NCBI GenBank assembly: GCA_963630635.1
Contig: CAVGOA010000003.1
Coordinates: 589-64,588, forward strand
DNA from: Paludibacteraceae bacterium
GTDB taxonomy: Bacteria > Actinomycetota > Coriobacteriia > Coriobacteriales > Atopobiaceae
Direction: 5' to 3'
Length of the DNA: 64,000 nucleotides
Position numbers and translations under genes: made by a program. A model generated the notes under the pieces. That model worked only from the letters and a program-made list of their open reading frames with translations, searched no databases and was not told the origin of the DNA. This document shows positions 28,072-37,633 of this stretch, one piece after another. Every line of letters begins with the position of its first letter. The stretch's first letter is position 1.

Positions 28072-29115
28072 CTACATAATAACGCGTACAGAGCAGGCGG
28101 ACTTGGCCGTCACGCGACCGACGACCGCAGCGGGCTGGCCTAGCTCACGCAGCTGATCGACGTATCCCGCGGCCTGATCTGCAGGCAGCGAGACGAGCAA
28201 ACCGCCCGAGGTCTGCGGGTCAAAGAGGACATCCGCCAGGTCGAGCGGCACGTCGTTGGCCATGTTCACGCGCGGGCCAAAGAAGTCGCGGTTGCGGTAG
28301 GCGCCGGCGGGGATGAGGCCCATCTGCGCCATCTCGCGGGCGCGCGCCATAAGGGGAGCTTCGGGCGCGCAGATCTCTAACGTGACGTCGCTGGCCTCGG
28401 CCATCTCGCAGGCGTGGCCCATGAGCGAGAAGCCCGTGACGTCGGTGGCAGCGTGCGCATCCAGGCCGTCCAGGGCCTCGGCGGCGTACTTGTTGAGGGT
28501 GATCATCGAGTCTGTGGCAACCTTGACCCCGGCCTCGTCCAAAAGCTGGGCCTTGTACGCCGTGGTGAGCACGCCGGTACCCAGGGCCTTTGTGAGCACG
28601 AGCGCGTCGCCCCCGCGCGCGCCGCCGTTGGCAAGCATGCGGTCAAGGTCAACGAAGCCCGTGACGGCCAGACCGAACTTAGGCTCGTGGTCGTTGATGG
28701 AGTGGCCGCCGGCGACGATGACCCCCGCCTCGCGGCACTTGTCGGCGCCTCCCGCCAGGATCTGTCCCGCGACCTCAAGCCCCAGGCAGTTGGGGAAGCA
28801 CAGCAGGTTGAGCGCCAGCGCGGGACGGCCGCCCATGGCCCAGACGTCTGAGAGGGCGTTGGCGGCCGCGACCTGGCCAAAGAGGAAGGGGTCGTCCACC
28901 ATCGGCGGAAAGAAGTCCGTCGTCCCCACAAGGCCGCGGCCGTCTCCCAGGTCGTAGACGTAAGCGTCGTCTGAGGCATCGAAGCCCACAAGAAGGCGCG
29001 GATCGTCGACGCGCGGCAGGTTGCAGAGCACCTGCGAGAGGTACCCGGGCGCGAGCTTGGCGGCGCAGCCCGCGGCCTCAACAAGCTCGGTGAGTTTTAC
29101 TCCGCTCATGTCCAT
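28072..29115 (-). CDS. selD: Selenide, water dikinase (Cys form)
   Basis: AGCAAK, DDA, TTDFFPP, AAANALSD, GGHS, TDVTGF, DPQTSGGLL. Confidence 0.97.
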   Translation of the reverse strand: MDMSGVKLTELVEAAGCAAKLAPGYLSQVLCNLPRVDDPRLLVGFDASDDAYVYDLGDGRGLVGTTDFFPPMVDDPFLFGQVAAANALSDVWAMGGRPALALNLLCFPNCLGLEVAGQILAGGADKCREAGVIVAGGHSINDHEPKFGLAVTGFVDLDRMLANGGARGGDALVLTKALGTGVLTTAYKAQLLDEAGVKVATDSMITLNKYAAEALDGLDAHAATDVTGFSLMGHACEMAEASDVTLEICAPEAPLMARAREMAQMGLIPAGAYRNRDFFGPRVNMANDVPLDLADVLFDPQTSGGLLVSLPADQAAGYVDQLRELGQPAAVVGRVTAKSACSVRVIM

Positions 29116-29159
29116 GCGTTAACTCCTTGGTGTGAACCCAGTGGTAGACATCTTAGGCT

Positions 29160-29336
29160 AGGGCCAGCGCTCGCCGCGCCGGCGGCGTCCCCAATCTCGA
29201 GCAGCGTGTAGCTGCAAAGAAAACCAACAAGCCGGTTACCTGCCTGTTTAAAGTCCTTGACGCGGATAAACGCCGCTTTGCGCTGCTCGTTGAACTCCTC
29301 GAACGTGCGCGGAAGCTGCTGCTCCATCTCCATCAT
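29160..29336 (-). pseudogene. N-terminal remnant of a 2-hydroxyacyl-CoA dehydratase-like double-cubane cluster protein
   Basis: LPRTFEEFNEQRKAAFIRVKDFKQAGNRLVGFLCSYTLLEIGDAAGA, after which similarity ends; strong AGGAG RBS. Confidence 0.75.
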
Positions 29337-29428
29337 TGGCTCCTCTCCCGGTCCCCTCAGCCGCAACCGTCACCGTTATACTTTCCAAAGCATAACCCCC
29401 ACGCCGACCCGTCGCGGATCAAAATCGC

Positions 29429-29552
29429 CGAAAGACGGGCGCAGTAGCGGATTCAGCTAAGAAGACTCTTAGATTGCCGCTGCCCCAACTGGGGTTTTGT
29501 CGACAAAACTAAGGGTCTACTCAACGATCGGCGTTACTGCGCCCGTCTTTCG
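29429..29552 (+). repeat. Dispersed hairpin element, family 2 copy A
   Basis: Perfect 18-bp IR CGAAAGACGGGCGCAGTA; central CCAACTGGGGTTTTGT; similar to 61363-61490. Confidence 0.85.
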
Positions 29553-29587
29553 TAAAAAATGTGAGGAAGGGGCGTGCGGCACCGCGA

Positions 29588-30406
29588 CTATTCGGGCAGA
29601 CGGCCGACCTGCGGACGGTTGAGGCGGTGGGCGGCGACCAAAATCGCGATGCCCAGGACAACCAGAGGCAAGCTTAAGCACTGACCCATGGTAATGGGGC
29701 CAAAGAGGTAGCCCAGCTGCTCGTCGGGCACGCGCACGAACTCGATCAAGAAGCGAAAAACACCGTAAAGCACCAGGAAAAGACCCATGAAGCTGCCCTG
29801 CGGGCGCGGCGGGCGCCGACGGCTGAGCAAGAATAGGACCACAAAGATTACCAGGCCCTCGAGAAAGGCCTCGTAGAGCTGGGAGGGGTGGCGGTAGACT
29901 CCCCCGCCGGTCTCGAACAAGACGCCCCAGGGCAGGTCGGTCTCTTTGCCCCACAGCTCGCCGTTGACAAAGTTGGCGCAGCGGCCAAAGAAAAGTCCCA
30001 GTGGCGCGCCAATAACGCCCAGGTCACACACGGTGGGAATCGAGATCCGGTACTTGCGGCACACCAGCGAGCCGCCCACCACGGCGCCGCACAGGCCGCC
30101 ATGGAAACTCATGCCGCCCTGGTTTAAGGCCACAATCTCCAACGGGTGCTCAAGGTAGTAGCCCGCGCCGTAAAACACCACGTAGAAGAGGCGCGCGCCC
30201 ACAATCACGCCAAAGGCGATGCCGATGACGATGCTCATGACGTCGTCAAGGGTAAGGTCGATTTCCCAGCGCTTGGCCACCTTGACCATGACGGCGCCCG
30301 CGCAGATAAAGCCGGCCAGGTAGGCCAGGCCGTACCAACGAATGGCCAGCGGGCCTATCTGCAACGCGATGGGAGACAGGCTATGGTAAAGGTCATTAAG
30401 CCACAT
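29588..30406 (-). CDS. lgt: Prolipoprotein diacylglyceryl transferase
   Basis: IRWYG, GARLFY, GGMSFHGG, GRCANFVNGELWG, HPSQLYE, RFLIEFVR. Confidence 0.97.
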   Translation of the reverse strand: MWLNDLYHSLSPIALQIGPLAIRWYGLAYLAGFICAGAVMVKVAKRWEIDLTLDDVMSIVIGIAFGVIVGARLFYVVFYGAGYYLEHPLEIVALNQGGMSFHGGLCGAVVGGSLVCRKYRISIPTVCDLGVIGAPLGLFFGRCANFVNGELWGKETDLPWGVLFETGGGVYRHPSQLYEAFLEGLVIFVVLFLLSRRRPPRPQGSFMGLFLVLYGVFRFLIEFVRVPDEQLGYLFGPITMGQCLSLPLVVLGIAILVAAHRLNRPQVGRLPE

Positions 30407-30455
30407 GGGTTTCTCGCCGTTCTATGAGGGGTCGCAAGCTCGCGCGGGCGGGCGG

Positions 30456-30692
30456 TTAAAGAACCGCGGGCTGGACGCGGGTCACGCCGGGGACGTGCTC
30501 CTTCAAGATGCGCTCGATGCCCTCGGACATGTCCATCGAGGACAGCGGGCAGCCGGCACAGGCACCCTGCATCTCAAGGGTCACGACGCCGTCGTCGGTG
30601 ACGTCGATGAGCTCAACGTCGCCGCCGTCGGCCTGCAGGCTCTGGCGGATGATGTCCAAGGTCTCGTCGAGAAGAGCGCGGTCAATAGCCAT
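30456..30692 (-). CDS. NifU-like (Nfu) Fe-S carrier
   Basis: DGGDVEL, GACAGCP. Confidence 0.92.
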   Translation of the reverse strand: MAIDRALLDETLDIIRQSLQADGGDVELIDVTDDGVVTLEMQGACAGCPLSSMDMSEGIERILKEHVPGVTRVQPAVL

Positions 30693-30791
30693 GATGTTTC
30701 CTTTCTAAAGGGGCGGCCGGGCGCATTGCGGGCGCGCGGCCACGGGACGGGGCGCGACCGGCGCGCCCCGTGGATGCACTAACGAACCATG

Positions 30792-33359
30792 TTACCCAAT
30801 GGGAGAAAAAAGATGTCCCGAGGTTGCGCCCTGGGCGCGAGGCGCGGGCTTTCTTCCCTCGCGGGCCGCCGCCACGGCGCGGGCCACGCGGGCCACGGCT
30901 GCCGTGGTCTCGTGCGCGTCCAGCAACGTGCAATCGGCCATGAACCAGGACAAGCCGGCGGCGAGAAGCACGTCTGCCTGCGGCGTTGCGTCCAGGACCT
31001 TGCCCGACCACAGCTGCGAGCGGCCGTGGACGTTAGTGCGCACGGGCAAGAAGTTGCCGTCGATGTCCTTCAAGGTCAGGCGGCGGGAGCGCTGTGGGCA
31101 GCGGGCGCAGTCGTGGACGCACTTGCCAAGGACCTGCAGGATGCAGTGCTCGGTGGTCATCACGCGCTCGCGGCCGTAAACCATAAGGCCGCAGGGGACC
31201 TGGGCCTTGGGCGCCAGAGCGCAGATCTCGTCAAGCGAAAGCTCGGGCGAGAACCACACGGCGCTGGCGCCTGCGGCCTCAAGGGCCACAAGGCAGCTCT
31301 CGTTGTGGACCGGGATGCACGAGCGCAGCTCGGCGGCGGCGCCCACCTGCGCGGCCAAGGCCAGCTCAGAGATGTTGCCCACCGCCACCGTGGAGACCGG
31401 GGTCACATGCGCGTCCAAGCGGGCGTGGTCGGCCTCGCGGCAGACCTCGTCAAGCCAGGGGATGACGCCGGACGGCCAGTCGCCGCAGGCCAGGTCGTCG
31501 GGGGTGGCGTAGAGGCGGGTCGCGCCGGCCTCCTGCGCCGCGCGGGCGCACTCGGGGGTTGCGACCAGGGCGCACACGGCGGGGGCGGCGGGGGCAACGC
31601 CGGGCACAATGCCCGCGACCTGCGCCGCGTTTGAAATCCCGCTCGCCTCGCGAACCTCGGCCAGACGCTTTGCGACCACGGCCGCAGAAGGCGCGGTCCG
31701 CGTGTCCTTCTCGCGTGCCGCATACGGGGCCAGAAGCGCGTCGCGCAGCTCGCGCACGGCCTGGGCACGAACCTTGTGAACCGCCGAGAAGCCCATGCCG
31801 CAGCCCTCGTCCAGCTCGATGTCCCAGCTCACGGGCTCAAAGGGGCCGCCGCCCATGCGACCCACGTGAGCCATGAGGTCCTCGGCCGTGACGGCACGGG
31901 TCTGGGCGGGCTCGACGGTGAAGCCCTGCGCAGTGGCCGCGGCCTCGCCGTCGGCCGTCGAGAGCTCAACCGTGAAGGGCTGGCCCAGGCGGGCCACAAC
32001 GCGCACGGCCACCGCGCGCTTGCGGGGCGTGTCGGCGCCGGCCACGCGCGACGCGGCGTCCATCGCGGCCTGCGAGCGAATGACGCGCACCACGGCGCCC
32101 GCCTCGATGGGGCGCGGGGCCGTGCAGGTGATCGTCTCGCCGCCAGCGGCGTCTGCTACAACGTTGGACGTGAGGAATTGCGTGGGGTCGCTCACGGGGC
32201 GAAGCTCAAGCAGGTCGCCCGCGCCCACCGGGGCACACAGGCGCACCGTGACCTCGGCGCGGGTAAAGCGGCGCATGCGGGCGCGGCCGCCGTTGGCACC
32301 GCCGCGGCGCTCGACGGCATCCTCAAGCACGCGCGAACCCAGGACCTCGCCCACGACCTCGCCGCGGTTGTTGGACCTCTCGTAGCTCATCATCTCGTTG
32401 CCCGAGGTGCCCATGAGATAGGCGTCGGTGAAGTCGCGGTTAAAGGCGCGCTTAAGGCGGCGGTGGACGTCGGCCTCCTCGGCCTTGTCCATCTGGCGCC
32501 CGGCGATTTGCGCGTCGATGGCCTGGCGATACGCGCCCACGACCTGGTAAACATAGTCGGGCGCCTTCATGCGACCCTCGACCTTGAGCGAGCCCACTCC
32601 CGCGGCGATCATCTCGTCCACCTTGTCCACCAGGCAGTAATCCTTGGGGCAAAGCACGCGCGTGCCGCCCACGCCGCGGCTCGTCTCGGCAAGGCCCGCC
32701 GTGGGGACATTGGGGATGTCCTGCATGACGCCCTTCTCGTCATAGACCTCGTAGGGCAGGCGGCAGGGCTGGGCGCACATGCCGCGGTTGGCCGAGCGCC
32801 CGCCCGACATCGAGCTGAGCATGCACACGCCCGAGTAGCAGAAGCACAGGGCGCCGTGGCCAAAGCACTCAAGCTCAACGCCGGTGCGGGCGATCTTTTG
32901 GATCTCGGGCAGGGAAAGCTCGCGCGACAGGGTCACGCGGTCGGCGCCGCGGTCGCGGCACCACAGGACGCCGCGCTCGTCGTGGATGTTGGCCTGGGTC
33001 GAGACGTGCGTCTCTATCTGGGGCCAGGTGCGGCGGATTTCCTCGAAAAGGCCCCAGTCCTGGATGATGAAGGCGTCGGCGCCCAGAAGCCAGGCCTCGC
33101 GGACCAGGGCCAGGACGCGCGGAATCTCCTTGGTGCTCACCACGACGTTGACCGTCACGTAGACGCGCACGCCGGCCAGGTGGGCCTTCTCGCAGGCATC
33201 GGCAAAGGTCTGGGGCGTGAAGTTGGTGGCGCTACGACGGGCGTTGAAGTCGTTGCCAAAGCCGCAATAGATGGCATCGGCGCCCGCGGCAAGGGCGGCG
33301 GCAAACGGCTCTGGGCCGCCGGCCGGCGCCAGAAGCTCGATGACGTTCTTGTGAGCCAA
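30792..33359 (-). CDS. Peptidase U32 family protein with DUF3656 (RlhA-like RNA hydroxylase)
   Basis: ELLAPAG, HVSTQ, HGALCFCYSGVC, SANRGMCAQPCR, KVEGRMK. Confidence 0.9.
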   Translation of the reverse strand: MAHKNVIELLAPAGGPEPFAAALAAGADAIYCGFGNDFNARRSATNFTPQTFADACEKAHLAGVRVYVTVNVVVSTKEIPRVLALVREAWLLGADAFIIQDWGLFEEIRRTWPQIETHVSTQANIHDERGVLWCRDRGADRVTLSRELSLPEIQKIARTGVELECFGHGALCFCYSGVCMLSSMSGGRSANRGMCAQPCRLPYEVYDEKGVMQDIPNVPTAGLAETSRGVGGTRVLCPKDYCLVDKVDEMIAAGVGSLKVEGRMKAPDYVYQVVGAYRQAIDAQIAGRQMDKAEEADVHRRLKRAFNRDFTDAYLMGTSGNEMMSYERSNNRGEVVGEVLGSRVLEDAVERRGGANGGRARMRRFTRAEVTVRLCAPVGAGDLLELRPVSDPTQFLTSNVVADAAGGETITCTAPRPIEAGAVVRVIRSQAAMDAASRVAGADTPRKRAVAVRVVARLGQPFTVELSTADGEAAATAQGFTVEPAQTRAVTAEDLMAHVGRMGGGPFEPVSWDIELDEGCGMGFSAVHKVRAQAVRELRDALLAPYAAREKDTRTAPSAAVVAKRLAEVREASGISNAAQVAGIVPGVAPAAPAVCALVATPECARAAQEAGATRLYATPDDLACGDWPSGVIPWLDEVCREADHARLDAHVTPVSTVAVGNISELALAAQVGAAAELRSCIPVHNESCLVALEAAGASAVWFSPELSLDEICALAPKAQVPCGLMVYGRERVMTTEHCILQVLGKCVHDCARCPQRSRRLTLKDIDGNFLPVRTNVHGRSQLWSGKVLDATPQADVLLAAGLSWFMADCTLLDAHETTAAVARVARAVAAAREGRKPAPRAQGATSGHLFSPIG

Positions 33360-33507
33360 GGATTCCCCCTAAAAGCTGTGTTCGCAACCTTTAAACGATA
33401 CCGCGAGAGATGCGGGCCGCGCACGTCAAGATGTCCACGCCGAGAAGAACACACTTCTAGCGAGGACACGGGGTTTGAGATGCCGTGTCGGCCCGGGCGC
33501 GCCCCGG

Positions 33508-34767
33508 CTAAAGCGCGCCGCCGATCAAACCTAGGATGATGACGACGGCGAGAGACCCCACGATAGCCGCGGCGCAGGCCAGGCGCTGCACACCCAAAGG
33601 TACGGCGGCCAAGGCCGGAACCTGGCGCATGAGGCGGCGCTTGTCGACAAGAAGATACGCCAGGGCCGCAAAGCTCACGGGCAGCCAAAAGAGGAACTCG
33701 AGGGCCAGGTACCACGTGGGGTAGCGCAGGCTCGACTGCGTGGGCACGATGAAGTTGCCCACGCACGCGGCTACCAGCACAAGAAACGCGGCCGCGACCA
33801 GCGTGTTCCACACGCGGCCCCACAGCTCGGGGACACCGGTGAGCAACGCGCGCGGGCCGCGGGCGCCACGGGCTTGTGCGGCCGCCGGGGCGGCCGCCAC
33901 GCCCTTCTCCCCTGCAACAGCAGCCGCCAGCTGGGGCGCGCCCGCGTAACGCCCCTGCGGGTCGAAGCTCATCGCGCGCTCTACAACCAAGGCCAGGTCA
34001 GAAGGTATGCTAGCCTCAGACACCAGCTGCCGAGCGGTCTTTCCCGGCGCCGGGTCCTGGCCAGTCAAACAAAAGTACAGGATGGCGCCCAAGGCATAGA
34101 CATCGCTGCGCACGCTGGTCTGGCCAAAGCCAAACTGCTCGGGCGGGGCATAGGCGCGCGTGCCCAGGCGAGCGGTGTCTGCCTCGGCGCCCTCGCGCCA
34201 GGTGCGGGCGATGCCCAGGTCGATCAGCACAAAGGTGCGCGGTATGCCGACCGCGCCGCCCACCACCATGATGTTTGCGGGTTTGAGGTCGCGATGGATC
34301 ACCGGGGCGCCTTGCCCCAGGCCGCCGTGCAGCACCTCGACCGCGCGAGCCACCTGGCCCACGGCCTCACAGGCCAGGTCAATGCCGGGGCCCGCCTGGG
34401 CCACAAGCTCCTCGAGCGTCTGCCCGTCCAGCCACTCCATAACCACATTGACCTGCTGGCCGTCATTCCAAACGTCGATAATGCGCGGCAGGTTGGGGCA
34501 TCTTAGCCCGCGCTGCTGCGCAACCAGCAGCTGCTCATAGGCCCCGCCCAAACCGCTGGCCGCACCGATACGCTTGCGCACAAAGGGCCCCAGGTCGCCG
34601 CCCTCCTCGCCGGCAAAGACAACCTTCTCGGTAACCTCAAAGTCCGAGCGCTTCATCACCTCAAGCACACGATAGCCACCCGACCTCCCACAGGAAGCCA
34701 GGTGGCTCATGAGCTGCGCGTCAAAGGCGTCATTGCCCGCCGCGTCATATGTCTCGTTGCTGTTCAT
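33508..34767 (-). CDS. Ser/Thr protein kinase with C-terminal TM segments
   Basis: HRDLKPANIM, LIDLG, GTRAYAPPEQ, DVYALG; three C-terminal hydrophobic helices. Confidence 0.92.
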   Translation of the reverse strand: MNSNETYDAAGNDAFDAQLMSHLASCGRSGGYRVLEVMKRSDFEVTEKVVFAGEEGGDLGPFVRKRIGAASGLGGAYEQLLVAQQRGLRCPNLPRIIDVWNDGQQVNVVMEWLDGQTLEELVAQAGPGIDLACEAVGQVARAVEVLHGGLGQGAPVIHRDLKPANIMVVGGAVGIPRTFVLIDLGIARTWREGAEADTARLGTRAYAPPEQFGFGQTSVRSDVYALGAILYFCLTGQDPAPGKTARQLVSEASIPSDLALVVERAMSFDPQGRYAGAPQLAAAVAGEKGVAAAPAAAQARGARGPRALLTGVPELWGRVWNTLVAAAFLVLVAACVGNFIVPTQSSLRYPTWYLALEFLFWLPVSFAALAYLLVDKRRLMRQVPALAAVPLGVQRLACAAAIVGSLAVVIILGLIGGAL

Positions 34768-34801
34768 GCCCGAAATGATAGCTCAGCCGCCGGACACTCC
34801 C

Positions 34802-35221
34802 CTAGCAGACGGTCTTCTCGCCAAAGCGGTAAAGCTCCTCGTTGACCTTTTGCAGAGAGCAGCCGCGGTCGATGCAAAAGATGATGATCGCGTCGCGGCG
34901 GTCCTTGCAGTCCAGGCGGCTCACGCCGGCCGCGGTAAGGGCGCGGTTGGTCTCGCGCAGGGTGAGGGCCATGGCAAAGGCGATTTGCAGCACCTTGTCG
35001 CGCGAGGGGTGGCGCGCACCCGTGAAGATCTGGTAGCCAAAGGTCTCGTTGAGGTCGGCCATTCTTACCACGCGGGCCCGCTCAAGGCCTTTCTCGGCAA
35101 GAAGAGACTGCAGGTAGGAGGCCAGGTCGGTGGCCGGAAAGTCGTGGCTTTCGACATAGCCGTCGATGCTTGGGGCACCCAAAAGCTCGCCCAGGAGCTC
35201 CTCGGTCAGTTTCTTTGCCAT
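34802..35221 (-). CDS. XRE-like HTH protein
   Basis: LLAEKGL..ARVVRMADL..TFGYQIFTGARHPSRDK; AAGGAGG RBS. Confidence 0.85.
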   Translation of the reverse strand: MAKKLTEELLGELLGAPSIDGYVESHDFPATDLASYLQSLLAEKGLERARVVRMADLNETFGYQIFTGARHPSRDKVLQIAFAMALTLRETNRALTAAGVSRLDCKDRRDAIIIFCIDRGCSLQKVNEELYRFGEKTVC

Positions 35222-35272
35222 CGCCTGCGCCTCCTTAGCTAAACCGCGCGCCCACGCGGCGCCGCACCCATC

Positions 35273-35842
35273 TTACGCGAGCGACCAGCTGGCCGATGCC
35301 GTCTTGTCGATGATGCTGCCAAAGTAGAGGGCACGCGCGATGTCTCCCTTGAAGTAGATGTTGCCCGAGACGGTGCCGCCCTGGGCCAGCGTGCCCGAGC
35401 TCAGCTCATCGGCGCCGTTGCTGTAATAAGTGGTGGACTGCTGGGCGCCGTTGGCGTCCTCGCCCTTCCAGTCGTAGGCGTTGTAGCTCGCGCCCTCTTT
35501 GCCGTTGTTGACATAGGTCACGTGGATGCCGGTGACAGCCGAGCCGTCATAGTTGGCAAGGCCCGTCTCGACGGAGTCGACGGTCACCGAAAGGCCGTCA
35601 GAGAGGTTGACGGTGGTGCCAACGACCAGGTTGTCGGTAGAGTCCTCTTTCTTGTCTTCGCTGGCGGCAGTCGCCGAATCGCTGGCCGTCGCGCCTGCCT
35701 CGCTGGTTTGCGAAGAAGAATCGGCGGGCGGTGTAGTTGTGGTCTTGTTGCCGCCCATGGCGCCAACGATACCCACAACCACCAGCACCGCAATGACGAT
35801 GAGCACAATCTTGCCAACGGGCTTCTTTCCTTCTTTGGACAT
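35273..35842 (-). CDS. Membrane-anchored DUF4352-like Ig-fold protein
   Basis: N-terminal TM, S/T/A linker, VTY.NNGK..SYN.YDWK, LSSGTLAQGGTVSG. Confidence 0.8.
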   Translation of the reverse strand: MSKEGKKPVGKIVLIVIAVLVVVGIVGAMGGNKTTTTPPADSSSQTSEAGATASDSATAASEDKKEDSTDNLVVGTTVNLSDGLSVTVDSVETGLANYDGSAVTGIHVTYVNNGKEGASYNAYDWKGEDANGAQQSTTYYSNGADELSSGTLAQGGTVSGNIYFKGDIARALYFGSIIDKTASASWSLA

Positions 35843-35951
35843 GGTCTCTCCCTAGGTCGCATTGCCGGCGGTACAGCCGGTGGCCCCCATGATGGCCTTC
35901 GACTCAGGGGATTTCATTAGCCCAGAGCTAAGCCTTGGGCGGCAAATCGCG

Positions 35952-36028
35952 CGAGGTTTTTCGATATCTGCATGTTTTGGTCTTTGTGCAGCAACGTCTT
36001 TCAAACATGCAGATATCGAAAAAGCTCG
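35952..36028. repeat. Hairpin with perfect 21-bp inverted repeat
   Basis: TTTTTCGATATCTGCATGTTT (35957-35977)/AAACATGCAGATATCGAAAAA (36003-36023). Confidence 0.85.
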
Positions 36029-36042
36029 AAGGGCCGGCAAGC

Positions 36043-36076
36043 AAAAGGCGCCCGGCGGGGAATCCCGCCGGGCGCC
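36043..36076 (-). terminator. tyrS terminator
   Basis: GGCGCCCGGCGGG stem with T-tract on the minus strand. Confidence 0.75.
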
Positions 36077-36103
36077 AAGGTCACACATAGGAAACCGTGC
36101 TGC

Positions 36104-37336
36104 TTAGACCAGCTTGGCCCAGCGCTTCTTGCCGGACTGGATGATGGTCCCGGCCGAGAAGAGCGCGGGGTCGACGTTGTAGCACTTGGGCTCGACGGGC
36201 TGGCCGTCGACCTTCACGCCGCCGCCGTCGATCAGGCGACGAGCCTCACCGGCACTCGCGGCAATCTTGACGTCAACCAGCAGCTTGCCCAGGTAAACCT
36301 TGCCGTCCTCGTTGGGCGCCACCACAGACACGGGGAACTCGGCGATGTTGTCGGGCACCTTATTCTCTTTGAACTGCGCGTCGAAGGCGGCCATGGCCTT
36401 TTCACCCGCGCCCTCGCCGTGATAGAGGTCGACGATGTTGACGCCCAGCTCGCGCTTGAGCTTGTAAGGATCGGCCGAGCCGTCGGCAAAGGCTGCGTCG
36501 ATCGCGTCGATCTCGGCGATCGACTTGGTCGAGCACAGGCGGTAGTACATGGGCACGATCTCGTCGGCAATAGACATGACCTTGCCAAACATGTCGGCCG
36601 GCTCGTCGGTCAGGCCAATGTAGTTCTTGTAGCTCTTGGACATCTTCTTGACGCCGTCGGTGCCCACCAAAAGCGGCATGGTAAGAGCGACCTGCGGCTC
36701 CATGCCCTCGGCACGCATAAGGTCGCGTCCGGCCAGAAGGTTAAAGATCTGATCGTTGCCGCCCATCTCGAGGTCAGCCTCGATGACCACCGAGTCGTAC
36801 GCCTGAAGCACCGGGTAGATGAACTCGTGCAACGCGATGGAGCGCCCCTCGGTGTAGCGGTTGTGGAAATCCTCGCGCTCAAGGATGCGCGCCACGTTGA
36901 ACTTGCTCATGAGGCCCAGCATCTTGCCCAGGTTAAGGGGCTTGATCCAGTCGCCGTTGTGGACGATGGTGGTCTTCTCGGGGTCCAGGACCTTCATGGC
37001 CTGCTCGACGTAGGTCTGGGCGTTGGCCTCGACCTGCTCCTCGGTCAGCGGCGGGCGGGTCGAGTCGCGGCCCGAGGGGTCACCGATCAAAGCTGTGCCG
37101 TTGCCAATGATCAAGGTCACCTTGTGGCCCAGATCCTGGAACTGGCGCATCTTGCGCAGCGGAACGGCGTGGCCCAGGTGCAGGTCGGGACTGGTGGGAT
37201 CGACGCCCAGCTTGATGTTTAGGGGTGTGCCCTTCTCAAGCTTCTTCTTAAGCTCGTCGAGCGGCACGATCTGCATGGCGCCCGAGGTGATTACCTTGAG
37301 TTGCTCGTCGACTGGCAACAAATCTCTGTCCTCCAT
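36104..37336 (-). CDS. tyrS: Tyrosine--tRNA ligase
   Basis: KLGVDPT..DLHLGH, YPVLQAYD, GGNDQ, KMSKS, S4 domain. Confidence 0.98.
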   Translation of the reverse strand: MEDRDLLPVDEQLKVITSGAMQIVPLDELKKKLEKGTPLNIKLGVDPTSPDLHLGHAVPLRKMRQFQDLGHKVTLIIGNGTALIGDPSGRDSTRPPLTEEQVEANAQTYVEQAMKVLDPEKTTIVHNGDWIKPLNLGKMLGLMSKFNVARILEREDFHNRYTEGRSIALHEFIYPVLQAYDSVVIEADLEMGGNDQIFNLLAGRDLMRAEGMEPQVALTMPLLVGTDGVKKMSKSYKNYIGLTDEPADMFGKVMSIADEIVPMYYRLCSTKSIAEIDAIDAAFADGSADPYKLKRELGVNIVDLYHGEGAGEKAMAAFDAQFKENKVPDNIAEFPVSVVAPNEDGKVYLGKLLVDVKIAASAGEARRLIDGGGVKVDGQPVEPKCYNVDPALFSAGTIIQSGKKRWAKLV

Positions 37337-37633
37337 AGGTTGATTCCACACGATCTACCCGGGCTTCGAAAGCCCACCGGGCAGTCGCACATCTGTATAG
37401 AATAACCAAACCTTGCCCATTTTGCCCGGCGCATATCCCCAGGCGGCGAGAAGACCTTCTTGACGGCGCAAAACCCACCCGCACGGGCCGCGGCGCCCAT
37501 CCCCCAAGGCCGTACATTTTGTGGCCACAAGCTGGAGCGACACAGCACCTACCCATTCCCAAAGGGCCGCGTCGCGCCCGCACACTATAATGTTGAGCGA
37601 TTGTCTCACTCGGTCTCCCGCAAGGAGGGGCAC

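Noticed and set aside
37340..37630. T-box leader for tyrS
   Set aside because: No AGGTGGCACC/GGTGGNACCGCG-like T-box found on the minus strand
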